Assembly (NCBI GenBank): GCA_051362555.1
Contig: CM120641.1
Location: forward strand, 48,242,401-48,306,400
Direction: 5' to 3'
Source of the DNA: Lingula anatina
Lineage: Eukaryota; Animalia; Brachiopoda
Length of the DNA stretch: 64,000 bases
The notes under the pieces were generated by a model. It did not search any database, was not told the origin of the DNA, and worked only from the letters and a program-made list of their open reading frames with translations. The translations under genes were made by a program, and so were the position numbers. This document shows positions 1 to 14,200 of the stretch, one piece after another (position 1 is the first letter of the stretch; the number at the start of each line of letters is the position of its first letter).

Positions 1-3000
1 GGCACGGCACAGCTCGCGCAGGGACTTGTGGATGATTTCAAGGAGGTTGTTGAACCTGTCGATCTCCTGGCGCAGGACAGTGACCAGAGCAGACTGGAAG
101 ATTGGCTGCAGGGCCTCCAGCTCTGGGTGAGAGGGGCCGTCTGCCACTGGGGTGGGGGCGTGGCTTCCTATCAGGCAAATAGTATCAGAGCATAGGTACA
201 TGCTGAATATTTGAGACAAATATAAGTGTATTCAATATGGATGTTTAACCCAAATGACTCTGACAATTGGTGCAAATCCAACTGAAATAATTTGCACAAG
301 CTGATACAAGCAAAAGACTGGCATAATATGGATTAATTCTTTACATTTTTTGGTCATACGTACTTGCTCGTTTTTCTCCTGGCACTGCAGCCACTTTGAA
401 GACATCAGACAAACAATGAAACATATCTCTCTTGCTGGTTGACGTCTGCTTCTCCTCCTCTTCCTCTTCCACGTCCTCCATTGTCTCTGGCAGGCTCCTC
501 ATGACATCTGCTGCCATCTCTAGGACAAGCTCATCACTACTCTTGTTGGACCTGTCAGATATATAAGTGTTTGTATTGAATTATGAAGAGTGAAGCAACT
601 TTTTCAAATCGCCAAATACAACTGTTTATGTTAATTTAGTGGATATAACTTGTTTTATCAAACTCAATGACTGTTAAGGGATATGTTGATTCAGATATTT
701 TCTATCTAGGAACTGGTACCCTATCATCCCTCCAGACAGCCTGGGCTGTAGACTTATAATGGTGTCCACCAGTTCTTTGGCCTGACTCTCCAGGTAAGCT
801 TTCTCGGCATTCTGGTTCATCCCAAACACCTCGGGGGAGTCCACAGGGGGGAGGCCATCGATGTACTGCTTCACCTCTGAGAAGGTAAAGCTTGGAGGCA
901 GAGGGTGGTATACCTGGAAAGGTAACATATACACAGTAAATGGGCATCTTAGTAACACAAATAATGGTTACAGTTATAATCTGACAAGAAACAGAAATTA
1001 ATCAAAAAAGCAATATAATATATAGAATTACCGTAGAGCTAATTCAAATGTTATTATTTTTTTTCTAATGTCATACTTGAAAACTATTGGGATGCTCTCT
1101 TTTTAGATAATTTTAAAAATCAGAATATACAGCATTATGTCAGTAACCCTTACTTTATTTCAAGTATAATAAAAATAACAACTACTTCACTGAATCCAAT
1201 CCATCAGTTATTATACACCAGGCATGGCAACAGAACACAAACCTCATCTGGTGAATATGTATATCCAGGTTCCAGGGCCTCAGCACAGTAGAATCTGCGT
1301 AGAAGACTGTGTAGACATCGTCTGTCCCAGTCATCTGTCACTCTCCCACCATAAGTGACCTCTCCGGTCAAATAACGCAGGGCGGCCCAGGGCAACCCCT
1401 CCCCCTCCATCCCCAGCAGCAGGTCCAGTTGAAGAATTGACACCTGAAATTTGTGATTGTGTATTAACAGTGCATGATAGATTTCAGATTATATAGAGAA
1501 AATATAAAGGGGGCTACCAAAAAAAAAAAAAAAAAAACTAGTAGTTACATTAATATTAGCTCCATATGTACTTACATTTCTGAATCACAAATGAAATTGA
1601 TGCCTTTAAAAGCTTTACATATTGTGCATACAGTACTCTAATTTAGCTCAACTCACCTCTAAATCAGAATCATTAAACTCATATGGAATATTCCACCCCA
1701 AGGCTCCATATTTCTTCCTTTCGTGTATCACAGCATTAAAGAAACACAGACCAAACAACAGGTTCCGCCATGACGCCTCCTTGTCCACGTCATCGTACAG
1801 TTTCTCACTAACAGCACCTGTTCCGCCAGTGCCAAATGACCGGGCTAGGTTGGCTTTCAGACCTTGTGGAGACTCCACAGTCATCTGAAAACAAGGCAAC
1901 AGTAATAATTGGCATAAAACATGCAGTGCTTGGAAGTGCTTTAACTGTCTGGTAAGACACCAGATGATTTGTGCTTACTTGGGTAGTATATGAATTATCA
2001 GGAATTTGCTTAATTATGTCTCTTAATTCTTTAAATAAAACAATATACTGCAACCAAAAGGGTACTGTGTTTGATCTATATGCATATAAACTGCTAAGGA
2101 TATTTATAAAACAAATATTGATCATAATGTGGCAGAGACCCATGTGGCAGTATCACATACCTTGAACCCAGTCTGTAGTATAGAGATGGGGAAGGAGGGG
2201 TCTGGTTTGGAACTCAACCACAGACGGAACTGGGGATCCACATCAGCTTTTGGCTTGTTGAAACTAGGAAACAATATTACACGCAAGTATATAGATGATC
2301 ATCAAATTAATATACCTGTTACTTCAACTCAAATGAAATTTTTGAGATGATAAATGAAAGTGATTAAGTAAAGCAGATGAAGTAAAAATAATCTGTCTTG
2401 TTTGTCTTGAAACAATTGTGTGTTAATTTTTTAAAGGCACATTTATTTGACTGACTGCTATTAAACCATGGATCTATGTGAGAAATACATAAACTACTTT
2501 AATAGGAAGAGTGATCTAGTGTTAGAGAGAGCTCTTATATCATTACATAACATTACTATTATAATCATTATTATAATTAGTCTCTTACTTGTCCACTATT
2601 TCCTGTAGTTTAGGCATCCAGGAAGCTGCAAGGTGGCAATTCTGCAAAAACACCCATCTTCCCTTCAAGATCTGAGCCTTGGAGATGAGTTCCTCTGCCT
2701 TGGGGCCCTGCCCCCTCCCCAGGGAGATCATGTCCAGATGCAGGGTACTCCCCCTCAGTTCTTTAGCAAACCTCAGTAGCTGACCCCCGGGGTCTGAGCC
2801 TGGGAATGAGAATAAGAGTAAGTGTCAGGCGCTTGCACTGCTTATTGATATTTACTCAGACCAGGTTAATAGTTTGATACAACATTTATAACATTTATCA
2901 TGTATTGAATAAACTTTGATAAAACTGACTTTAACATTGCTTATTCTAATCCCACCATTCTATATGAAATGTGCTGCTTTTTTGTTATAAATATAAACAT

Positions 3001-3957
3001 GTGAAATATATGGAAATAAATGCTGCTGTATTAACTTTTTATCTTTTTGCCCAGTTATGTTTCAAATCATACATATATGTAACTATATTGCAAAAGACGG
3101 ACCATGAAAAATTGTAAGTTGTTATAAAATACTCCTGGCAACATTTAGTGACAAAATCCACTTCTACAAAGAGATTTACCTGGAGACAGTATAAAGATGA
3201 GTGGAGTCTTAGCAGACGATTCCTCAAACACCTCTCTGAGATCAAAGGCGCCAGTGGACAGGAACTTGGACCCCATCTGGTCATTGACAAACATGCGGAC
3301 AGATGCTACCAAGGTTTCAGGTCTTAGTGTTTTAATAAGTATTAGTCTCTGAAACCTGCTTAGATTTTCCCAGTGGAATATTTCCTTGTACATGTGGTTG
3401 ATGTTTTCTTCACCTAAGAGAAATAAATGTAAACGATCTTAAATCTTCAAAGATAATTGTCTTATGCAAGGGTATCACCAGTACTTTAATTTAAGTACTT
3501 TAATTACTGTAAAAGGCAATGTTAACAAGTTCCCATTAATGAGATGATAGACAAACACTTTATATAAGTTGATTGATATTTGGTTATTAAAGGCCACTAT
3601 TTTTATACCAACCCCATATGGAATTTAAAAATCTCAAATGAACTAATCATCAATGTTATCAAACAATAATGTGAATAACTGATGACAGTGGTATAAACTA
3701 TGAAGTCTGTCCATCATTACCTTGTGCAATGACAGCAGGATCAAAGGCAGCCTCCATGATATGATAGGGGTCCTCCGTCCTGGCGAACAACTCCCACTGT
3801 ACCCTGTTACTCATAACGCTACGGAGCAGGTGGTCAAACACAGGCATAGTGGCCTCCATGTACTGACACTCTCTCCACATAGAGGGCGTGACCCATCTCG
3901 GTCTCTGAAATACCACCCCCTGGGACTGGGACTCTAGACGCTGCATGGCACTCAGAC
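1..3957 (-). CDS. DNAH14: Dynein AAA6 and start of C-terminal domain exons
   Basis: [24 protein letters not shown]...[95 protein letters not shown]. Confidence 0.93.
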
Positions 3958-6900
3958 CTGGGAGGGGGGAGAGAATAGATGGGTTATCAATAATAGAAGT
4001 GCACAGTACAGGAAATTGAATGTGTGATGATATGATAATCAATATCCAAAATATTGAGTTTTTAAAAACTCCACATAAAATTCAGTAGCTTCTTAAACTC
4101 TTACACATAAAAAAGATCTAAGAAACCAACAAAAGATGGAATTTCCCTATCCTACCAGTATCTCCTATGCGTTAATAAGAATTCCTTCCACAGGAAGATT
4201 CCAGCACCACTTACCATCATGAGCCTGTAGAGTGTCTTCATCCATCATACTGGCCAGTACTGAGCCCTGTAAGAACACCATCCACTCTGTGTCTTCTATC
4301 ACACCAATCTGGCTCACAATGTCTCCATACTTAGCATTGGACCGCATCACACTGGTGTTCAGCATAAAAGAAAACATCAGCTGGTGATTGGAGAAAAGTC
4401 CCACCGATACTGCCCGGTAAACGCTGTACGTCAGCCTGTCAATCATCTGCTTCATGTGTTTGTTTAGGTCGTGAGCCGAGGGTCTGAGAGGAGGGTCTTT
4501 TTCTGTCTTTTGGGGGGCCAGGTCGGGGCTGCCTCTGCTTGAGGGGCGTAGGGTGCCACGCAGGTGACTGCTGGCTCTGTCGGCCGAGGACGGGCGGTCC
4601 TCAGGGGTGCTGATACAGGTGATGAACATGTTCTGGAACCAGGGCAGGGAGAACTGGTACATGACGTCCACGGAGGCCAGGTCAGAGAGGGCAAAGTAGA
4701 GCACAGCGCCCCTGGTGGCTACCTGGAGAACAGAACAGATACCTGTCATATTATAACTGATGCTTTCAGGTAACTTACCATTGCAACAAAACACATATAA
4801 ATGTATTTCTCTTTGAATTTCTAATGTGTCTGCAGTGTTGTTGTATCATGCTGACAGTAAAATTCCAAACACTATAATAAAACTAATAATGTACATATAG
4901 CAGCAAAATCTAGGAGAATACATATGTATCCCTAGGATGAAGACAGTCAAATTTTATTTTTCAAAAGTTAGAAAAATAAAACAAAATTAAAGTTTTCTAA
5001 AGTATTTATCAAACTTGACTTCAACATCTATAAGAGCTTGCACTTCATTGTTGTTTTCTCATATCTCATTACGTAACACCCAAAGATCCCATCCTTCACG
5101 TACAGGTAAATACTTGAGTCTGGCTTTATTCAAACTCTTCTCTGTCTCCTCTGATTGCTGGACTCTCTGAGATATTTCACCACTGGTCACTTTACTTTTC
5201 TTCAGGGTGTCCACTAGGTCTTGGTCATCTAGGATATGGCCTAAGAAGATGGGAGACAATTAAGATATTATATACATTATCAAGGTAAAACTCTTATAAA
5301 AATTCTTTTTTACAAAAAATAAAAAGAGTATCTGCCAGGTCTTAAAATGTCATCTATATGAACATGTTTATTATAAGATATAATTCTAAATTCCCCTACC
5401 TTATATCATTTATCAATATTGATAATTTATCAATAACTGATGTGAATCTTAATCATGACACAGTGCTGGTTAGGGATATTGTATGTGATGAGTGGGATAT
5501 TGTATGTGATGATTCTCAAAACATAATTTGCTGTTTTATTTTTATTTTTATGTGAAATCATACATCATGGAACAGTGATAGAAAAAAAAAACTGGTGACA
5601 TCATCTTTCAACTCAGCACCTAACTATGTAGGCATAATAATGCTAATTCAAATATGCAAAGTTCAATATCACAAACCAAGCCCCTGTCAAACTCCCATTG
5701 AAAGAAGCCAGTACCTTGAGATTTCTGCAGTAAACTCAGGGACTTATCCTCCAAGTCTCTCAGTAGTTGCAAGTCATGGGCGATACTGGACAGTAGCTCA
5801 CTTCTCTGGCTCTCTAGCTGAGGACGTTCCTGAAAGGGGGGACAAATGTGACAGGTTATAGCCAAATGTTTATCAATCTTAAGTTTCCATGTTTTTGAAA
5901 GAATAGTCTGAGTATAGATACTTATATAGATATTTTATCCCTTAATTTATCCTTTATTTATTTATATTTTTGATGTAAGCATAATAGAGTTGTGATAGAA
6001 GTAGCTTAGACAGCAAACAATGTTAATTTGTAACACTTAAAGCTGAATGAATTATTATTATATAACAGCTTCATTCAAGAATAATCAAAAGATCACTTTC
6101 CTTGTAAATTGTGATTTTTTTTTTCATTTCAAAAGATTTATATTTATGTTGCATTATAAAATCACAATACATAACTGGGCCCTCCTAACCCCCCCAATGC
6201 CCTTGTACAGTAACACTGAGCTATGTTACTAAGATCAGAGTAGCCTAAATCTTAAGGCAGCAATATTACATCACACCACCAAAAGTTTGAATCACAGAAA
6301 ATTATGTCAAGTTAAATACATTACTTCCTCCTTAATTGTCCCTTGTATTCTTGTATTCAATTTATAGCAGATTTTAACAAATGAGCCATGGCACACTGCT
6401 TGCCTCCTCATAATAATTATCTCAAGGGCCTCCAATTAGTCCTACCCATGTCTGCCTCATGGATTATTGACGAGGTACAAGCTCTAATACCAGAGAGGGC
6501 ACACAGAAAGTAATTAGACTAAGTATAAAACAGCTAGGGTGGATGAATGGAAAATAAACAAGGTAAAGATGGGGCTTGTGCAAGGGAAGGCACTTGAAGG
6601 TCAGTAAATGACAGTCACTGAAGCTTGTACAAAGGACAGCACTGTGAAAGCCAACAAGTGACAGTCTGACAAAGTTGTTTGTTTCCATTCTGTACCTGTT
6701 TGACCACCATGGACAGGAGCTGTTCCTGGAGACCGTCAAAAGTGACCGTGAAGTTGATGATGGTGACCTGGATGCAGACAGCAGGTAGGTAGTGGGGGTT
6801 GCCCATTGATGTGGTCATGTATAGCCTGGAATTATCAACTTAAATCTTGAGTTTTCTGATAATATTAATTGTGTTCTTTGTATTATATATCTGCTGTTAA

Positions 6901-9900
6901 CAATGGTCTTAAGTTTTCTTGAAAATTTTATTGACTTCAGGCAGTTAGAAGCTATTCATTTAAAACACCACTTGCTACAAATGTTAATAACATGAAAATT
7001 GATAATAAGTTTAACATCAATGAATAGTAAAATAAATGGCAAACCAGTGGTCTTCATATCGTTGTATGTTATCATTTAACAGAAATACTGGTTGACTTTT
7101 CTCAAAAATTATGTAAGGTATAATGCTACAATATTAATTTTATTTGATTCCTGCCACCTCATGGAAGTGGTAGCTATGTTATAAAGAGAGTGCGCACTCA
7201 CCTAAAGTTCTCGTTGTATTCAATCTCTGTGTCTCCCAGTTTTATCAGCTGTTGTCCTCCTCTTGTGAATGTTTCCTGGAGGAGGATTGGTTTCAGGGAG
7301 GGGTCCAGGGTTTCCGTCACCTCCTGGAATGTTAACGAGGAAAATATTACATCAATTCACACACAAACACACATACACACAAACACACATACACACATAC
7401 ACACACACACACACAATGATACAATTAGCAACACATGCAAAAAAGGCCCATCATACTTTTTAACCAGTATTTGCTGATAGACAAGTATCTACCATATTAA
7501 ATTATTTATTTACTTATTTTCTTTTTCTTTCTTACACTATGTAAACAAACATAGGAAGCATTAGAAGAAGCACAGACAGCCAATAATGTTGACATGTAAC
7601 ATAATAAGCTGAATACATTATCATAAGAATTTTGATAATATTCTTTAGTATAAAAAACTTCTTGTTTGCTTCAGAAAATATTGTTTCGTTAAAATATGGT
7701 TAACCAATTATTCAATCATAATCTATCATTGCTAAATTTTATATAAACTACTACTAATGTTGATCAAAACTATCAGTTATCTAGGATCTTAAATTTATCA
7801 CTTCCCTGAGAACATCAATACCACGTCCTGATATGTCATCATCTCTGACCATTGATAATGGATCATATTTCTACATATTTAAGAGGTCAGGACAGATTGA
7901 GACTGACTTTAGTGCACTATCTTCTTGAAAGCCATCTAAATTAAGCAGGATATTCTGAGGAGACACTTTCAAATGGATGATTTAGCAGCTAGGATTTCAC
8001 CTTTCTGATCTAATTATTTTAACTGTAATCCCGACAGTGCCTGATAACTAAGTTGCTCTAGTTGCTCAAAATAAATATATTTTACACACAGGTGCTTTTG
8101 CTAGATGTATGCTAAACATCTCAGAGTTAAAGATAATAAACAGGCCATCAGTTACTATAGAACTCCTACTGCAATATCTAACATTGAAGTTTAAGTAGAA
8201 TTTTTTCCTGCGAGGAAAAAAAAAGCGCTGCCCATTATGCTCCCATAATTATACAAATTCTGCCAATGCACAATGTTAGGAACTATTGGGTATATACATG
8301 TAAGTATCCATACCATCATTTAATCCAAATAGACAATTTTGTCAGAAGCAGTCAAAGCCACCCTTAAAGGCAGAGCCAGGATCACACCCAATTATTGAAT
8401 TTTGAAAGTCAAATGATGTAGGATACAAAGTTTGGCTCCAGTGAAATCACATTAGATTAATAACCAGCAAAAAACTACAAGGCATATCTTAGCATCCTGG
8501 GAATTATCTGGCTGCCAATAAGCAGAAAACCACATTATTTGACCTAAACATAACATCAATTTCTAAGAATATTTCCCTCCCCAAGCTTTGCCAATTCCAG
8601 GTCTGAAGGATTAAAAATGTTTGGCCATGCATGTCTGAATTGATGAGCCACACATGATATATTATTTTAAGACTAAAGTTGAAGTAACCCTGCCCCTGTG
8701 GTCTCCCCTCCCTTGCCCCTGTGGTCTCCCCTCCCCTGCCCCTGTGGTCTCCCCCCCCTGCCCCTGTGGTCTCCCCCCCCTGCCCCTGTGGTCTCCCCTC
8801 CCCTGCCCCTGTGGTCTCCCCTCCCTTGTCCCTGTGGTCTCCCCCCTGCCCCTGTGGTCTCCCCCCTGCCCCTGTGGTCTCCCCCCTGCCCCTGTGGTCT
8901 CTCCTCCCCTGCCCCTGTGGTCTCCCCTCCCTTGCCCCTGTGGTCTCCCCTTCCCTTTCCCTCTCAAATTAATAATTGCCAGGGATTCCAGACTTGTGCC
9001 TGAGCACAACAGTGAGTGAGAGAAAATATGAGTGATAAATGATAATAATTGAACTATCATTTATCCGTTATTGCAAGTCATTAGGGTTTCCAAAAGAAAT
9101 ACACATAAAATATCACAAATATGCCATTTTTCATAGGACAGAATTAGTAAATGATTTATAGAACTAAAAACCATTTATCAATTATCAAAACTTAACTGAT
9201 AAGACAAGCTGAATGTAGTTTTTGTACTTTTTTAAAATATCGTCACTGATGGCCTTGAAATAACCAGATATCACAACATTTTCCTACCAGGGCTATACAT
9301 AAAAAATGCATGACTAAGAACAAAAATCAGATATTCTGATCCGTAGCCTAAAAAAGAAGAAAAAAACAACTTCAGAGAGCTCACTTCATCTCAGCCTCTC
9401 TCGTTGCTATTGATTCCCCCAGTTAACATAGGCGTGTGTGCGTGTATTGATTGGACATTGCATGGGAATGGATAAACACACATAATCTCCACGCATCACT
9501 AGATTACCCAACTCCAACTCCACTGTTCACTCCACTATGTGTGTGTGTGTGCTGGTAGACAGGAGAACAAGCTACGCAGTGGTTAAACACCAAAATTTAG
9601 GTTAATTAAATCAGTGAAACTTGGGACTCAGGAATTGACTGGATTTTTACAGGAGATGAGTGGAATTTAAGATTTTTTGGTAAGTATGCACATGTAAAAC
9701 TTGTTTAATTGAGGAAATTTGTGGTCGTTGTATGTCAAAGTAAATACTGGGTGGAGAAATAATGGCAATGGTGTGCAGATACTGACTGTTTATCAGGAGC
9801 ATTTTTGTTTTGTTTTTTTTATTTAAACTAAATCTTAATTATTAAATATGATCAGAAGGATGCATAAAATATTTTTTTTTAATTTGGAGAAGAGGTACTT

Positions 9901-11232
9901 TTTTGTGGCATGCCACTGAGTTGCAAATCTGTAAAATCTATAGAATCCTGGATTTGTTTTTTTCTCTTTGCAGTTAAAATTAAAATCTTCTACTGGGATA
10001 GGTTATACATTGTCTTGTTGCTAGGTAAAAAAATATACATATTGGATCACTTTATAATATTCCACATAAACATAAACTAAATATTTTCATTTTTCAAATT
10101 TGACAAACATCAAAACATAGCTTCTTGGTGAAAGTAATGAACCATTTTCATGTGGTCCAGGAAACAGTTTTCCTTGAAAGTTGTCCCATGTCTTTATTTT
10201 TTAACACAAAAAAAGCAAAACTAACAAGAGTATTCAAATAAGTGATAAGGGAAGCTACATGACTTTGCTTTTCCACTTTGATATTCCCTGGACTGTACAC
10301 GTACTGTTATCAAACTACAAGGTCTATATCTGTTTGCAGGGGACGTTCCTCAGCGTAACTCCATTAACCACATTTCCCGCTACGAAATTACACACTCTCC
10401 ACCGGAACCATCCAAGATTAAGATATAAGTCTGTCTAGTCTGTTCTCTATCACTCCTAGACTCATTACACTCATATCTCGCACTCTGAATTATTAATCCA
10501 AGCAATATATTCTTTTCACAGTAAAAATATTTGAATTCACAAAAGAGGACACACTTAATGAAGCAGAAAAAAGATAAAATAATGCCCTAAAAATTCCAAG
10601 ATAATTTTCTGAGTGACTTTCCAGGAGTCAAGCCTGCCATATTGACAAATAGGGATTTCAATTTTCTGACTCACTCATCTATGAAAGCATTATTGGGAAA
10701 ATGCGTCAAACGGGATTATTTTTTCACAGAAATTACCATTTAGGAATAGATACAGCTTGAGAGCAGAGTTGAAAAATCCATAGAAAAGTCATAAAACCAT
10801 AAAAGATGGGTGTTTGTTCTTCAACACGCTGAAGATTTCCCACAGCTCCAAACAAGGACAACTTAAAAAACACTTTAAAAGGGAAGATGATATACACCAG
10901 TTCTAAAACTTGACCCACAATTGATTCATTTACGTTCAGGCAGAAAACAGGCAGAATACCCCCCCCCCCCCTTTTTTTTTTTTTTAGAAATTTAAACCAT
11001 TCTGAAAAAGAAAATAAACTAATTAAAATTTCAGGACTATTACCAAATAAGATATTTAAAATCCGTGTTTGCAGAGGAGGTACCTAAAGTCACAGGATAG
11101 AAAATATTAAAAAATCACCCCATGGTACGTGCCTTCAGTACTTGTCACTTTAGTCCAATGTCAACCACACTTTGTTAATTTGAATTCATTCAAAGCATCA
11201 CATCCAAACAATTTTCCTGCACAATTTTCCTC

Positions 11233-11269
<37 letters not shown>

Positions 11270-14200
11270 ATGGGCATCCTGACTTGAATTACATTATTCC
11301 CATTATTTGTCATGGTGATAAATGTACCAACAGAAATAATCTTTAGTTTCGGTTCTTTTCAGACACTGCCGTTAACCCCGATCTGAAAGTTTCTATGTCA
11401 TTTTGTATTGTATGATAAAAATTCTTCTCTTCTTAGTCACACATTTCTTCCAACAGTTTAGAGAGGTTATGCAGGCACTGGATTTAATAGAAACCTGTTT
11501 CTAGTAGCCCCATAGCTAAAAAAAAAAAAAAAAAGATTTCATGTAACAATGCTCCCTTCTTTACGTAATTCTACTATACTGTACTGCTACTTCAACTGTA
11601 CTGCTTATCTTTGGTAGTCCTTTCACGCCATGCGAGTTCAAAAAAAGATAAATTTATTGAACAGATGGACTGAGAATGAGTGTAAACTACCTGTCATTTA
11701 TAAAACAAGATCTTAGGACAAAAACACCAAAGTTTAAAGATTGCAAATACAACTTTCACTGTGAATAGTTTCTGTGAATATTAACTTGATACCAAAAAAG
11801 ACACAGCGCAGAGATGACAATGTTTCAGATTACATTCTTGGAAGAGGTAGTGATCCGTATAAAATACAATTGCACGTCTTAAATGCTTTACTTCACACAA
11901 TAACTGCTACTGAAGGGTCGTTGGATATCCCTACAGTAATGGCTATTTAAGCATTTTATGAATGGGTGCAACTTACACAAAAGATGCAATCTTATCAAGA
12001 ATATTTTTAAAATCCAATTAGGTTTGTATCAATTACAGCTCAATTCACAAGTTAGAGCGTCAGCTGGAGTTGATTCAGTTAATGCTTGGTAGGATCTTAG
12101 TTTTTGGCTCAAAGCTCTAAATGGGATGTTTCTCTGGCACAGAATATAATCTGAGCATCATGTTTATTTGTTTTATTTGATCAAATTTGAAGAAGCATCT
12201 AACAGTTTTTTGGCTCTAGTATGGGTAACAGCCTTAGTAAAAGAAATGCGACCATTAAAACTATGTTCTGGTTATGGTTATAAAATAATATATTTGTAAT
12301 ATTTTCAGAGACGTGGATACAGAGGATATTTTGAAATACTGACAGCTTCATCCAGTAGCTGCAAGATGTGAACAACAATTGACACACTGAGTCTACTGTG
12401 GTACATACACAACTTGAACAATGTCATCGATGATATTTCCCTCTCTGTATGTCTCCTTAGACGGGACCAAGGTGACCATGATAGATCTTATCATATATGG
12501 ATTTGCCTTTGGATTAGGAATATGTTCTCTGGTGCTTAACTGTGTTGTACTGGATACCTTTAGAAAATCATCTCGACTTCATGACATGATGGGCTATTTC
12601 ATAACAAACATGGCGGTTGCTGACACTCTAATTTCCATATTTGTCATTTACAACAACTTGTACAATCTGGTAGTATTTCAGCATGCAACTGAATGCTTGT
12701 TCAGATTTGGGATGCTGAATGCACTGAACATCACATCAGTTCTCACTTTAGCAGCTCTCACATTAGACCGTTATTTAAAGATTGTTCATCCTTATCTTCA
12801 CGAAAAACATGTTTCATCGTTGGGAGAAAAAATAGCCCTAGCCATCATCTGGGCTATATCTCTACTTGTGGGCCTTCTCCCTCTCATGGGGTGGAGCAAC
12901 ATCACACACGGAGAATTCACCTGTAGTTATTTTGGGGCTTTCACAAAAGGCTACATGATTCTTATTGTAACGATGTTCTTCATCCCGTTTGTCTTGATGA
13001 TCATTTTATACACACATTTGATCCACATTTCAATGAAACATGCTAGGATGATAGCATCCCAGAACACAGGGGGATCACACCCTAACAGAGCCACATGGAA
13101 GTCCACTAAAACCGTCTGCCTCATTATTGGAGCTTATTTTCTGTGCTGGGGACCATTGGGTAAGCTCCATGTAATATTTATCTACAGGGGATCATTATTT
13201 AGAGAATCCATGCTCTACCCATTGATTACTTAACAAAACTGAATGCAGCTGATGCAATTACTTAAAAATGAAAGATTATTTGCTTCTTTTTTCTTTATCA
13301 GAAGAAACCATCAGTGGGGCCTTGAGTGATATTTTTACTTGTTCTTGATTTTCTGACTCACTTTTTGAATAACCTGTATCAAACTCTTGAAGACAAGTTA
13401 TATCCCTCTTAACTTATCAGAAATCTATGCCTGCTGAGTATTTTCATTTTGATGAGAAGTAAAAATGCACGAAACTGATGAAAACAACAAAAAGAGGACG
13501 GAAAAAGTAGATTTACTTCACAGTTTGGAACTAAATAATTTCAAGATCATTCTGTACTAAAGCAAGGATTTTTTTATATTTTCCCCCAAACCACATTTCT
13601 ATATATTAATGACTACAATCATAAACTTCACCTATACAGAATTTTAAAGTCACAGGGCAGGAAATGATTATTTTTCATATTCACAGCAAAATTTAATTAA
13701 ATTGAAAAAAAGAATATTCAGAAACTAATGCTTGTAAACCTTGTTCTTTATTTCACTGAAAAAAAAAATGTCAACTGTCTCTGTATCTATTTCAGGTTTT
13801 TACATCATAGTAGTTATAAGTGACAGCAGTATAATGGAAGGAGTCAATGAAGGCCAAGTCTTGGCTTACCTCGCGCCCATTGCCTTCAGTAACAGCATCA
13901 TCAACCCTATGATATATGCATTCAAAATCAATGAAGTCAGAGACAAATTTAAAGCTTTCTGTTGCTGTTTATGTAGAAAACACAGGACTAGTAGCAGTGA
14001 CACCACCAGTGTGTTAGCCATGTCACAAACAAGCAGCAGAAGTCCGCGACACCAGACAAATCATAACAACAACAATTCTCTGCCAATGACTAGGAAACAA
14101 GGCAATAAGAATAACTCTTTGCCAATGCAGAGAAAACAGGAGCATGTCATGACAAAAACAATTAGCTGCTTCACAGTGGCAACCAATGTGTGACAGAATT

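Noticed and set aside
8654-9060. Pro/Cys-rich and Gly/Arg-rich ORFs on both strands
   Set aside because: They are translations of the C-rich minisatellite, open in several frames only because the unit lacks stops.
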